Below are positions 63,198 to 64,000 of a DNA stretch of 64,000 nucleotides, piece after piece. Position 1 is the stretch's first letter. Each line of letters begins with the position of its first letter. Position numbers and translations under genes: made by a program. The notes below the pieces were generated by a model. The model did no database searches and was not told the origin of the DNA. It saw nothing but the letters and a program-made list of their open reading frames with translations. The stretch covers positions 26,476,001-26,540,000 of the forward strand of contig CM075988.1 of the NCBI GenBank assembly GCA_038087875.1, given 5' to 3'. Source of the DNA: Malacoraja senta (Eukaryota).

Positions 63198-63665
63198 ATT
63201 TTGAAGAGAGTTGTGGATGTAGCCCAATCCATCACACAAACCAACCTCCCTTCCATTGACTCCATCTACACCTCACGCTGCCTCGGCAAGGCCAGCAGCA
63301 TAATCAAAGACCAGTCTCACCCCGGTCACTCCACCATCTCCCCTCTCCCATCGGGCAAGAGGTACAGAAGTGTGAAAACGCACTCCTCCAGATCCAGGGA
63401 CAGTTTCTTCCCAGCTGTTATCAGGCAACTGAATCATCCACTCACCAACTAGAGTGCTGACCTCCCATCGACCTCATTGGAGACCTGTGAACTATCTTTT
63501 ATCGGACATTATCTTGCACTAAATGTTGTAGCTATAGCCTGTATCTGTACACGGTGGACATCTTGGTTGTAATCATGTGTCGTCTTTTGTGGTCATGTGC
63601 TGACTAGATACCACGCAAACAAAAGCTTTTCACTGTACCTCGGTACATGTGACAATAAACTAAAT
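63198..63665 (+). mobile_element. Rex1/Babar-type LINE 3' fragment
   Basis: RVVDVAQSITQTNLPSIDSIYTSRC...LPSGKRYRS...DSFFPAVIR; gtgacaataaac tail. Confidence 0.78.
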
Positions 63666-63887
63666 GATATCCTGGCTTCATGTCACTGGGTCCAAATCCT
63701 GGGGTGGAAGATCGCGACCTTCATGTGGTCCGCCCTGTTTCAACGAATGCAATCAACTTGCCGTGCACAATCAAATATGATCAAATAGAACAAGTTGTCC
63801 TACAACTTTAGGCTGTGCACGCCATACGCAAGAAGAAGAAGAAGGTCCAAATCCTGGAACTCACTCCCAAGTCCATGGATTGAGATC

Positions 63888-64000
63888 CATGGTGGATGTG
63901 GAGAGGATGTTTCCACCAGTGGGAGAGTCTAGGACTAGAGGTCATAGCCTCAGAATTAAAGGACGTTCTTTTAGGAAGGAGATGAGGAGGAATTTCTTTA
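63888..64000 (+). mobile_element. CR1 LINE fragment running off the window
   Basis: [36 protein letters not shown]. Confidence 0.75.

Overview
Eukaryotic, repeat-rich vertebrate DNA. The repeat set (CR1, Rex1/Babar, L1, Penelope, Tc1, hAT, Helitron, tRNA-SINEs) suggests a cartilaginous fish such as a skate or ray; this is inference. Two spliced genes were reconstructed by hand and converge tail-to-tail. (1) A + strand 12-exon BCO2-family carotenoid oxygenase, ~4545-33352, ~577 aa, with all four iron-binding His motifs and one GC-AG intron. (2) A - strand type I membrane receptor, 55614-42377, ~262-266 aa, with a signal peptide, one CAR/CTX-like V-set Ig domain split over two exons, a glycosylated stalk, a TM helix and a tail carrying ITIM and ITSM motifs. 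The ORF track shows the receptor only as fragments. The most striking non-coding system is a family of short Penelope-derived elements carrying a minimal hammerhead-ribozyme core. They occur as single TSD-flanked insertions, inverted palindromic pairs and 66-nt tandem arrays. All exon calls are from reading frame and splice signals only; no database searches were run.
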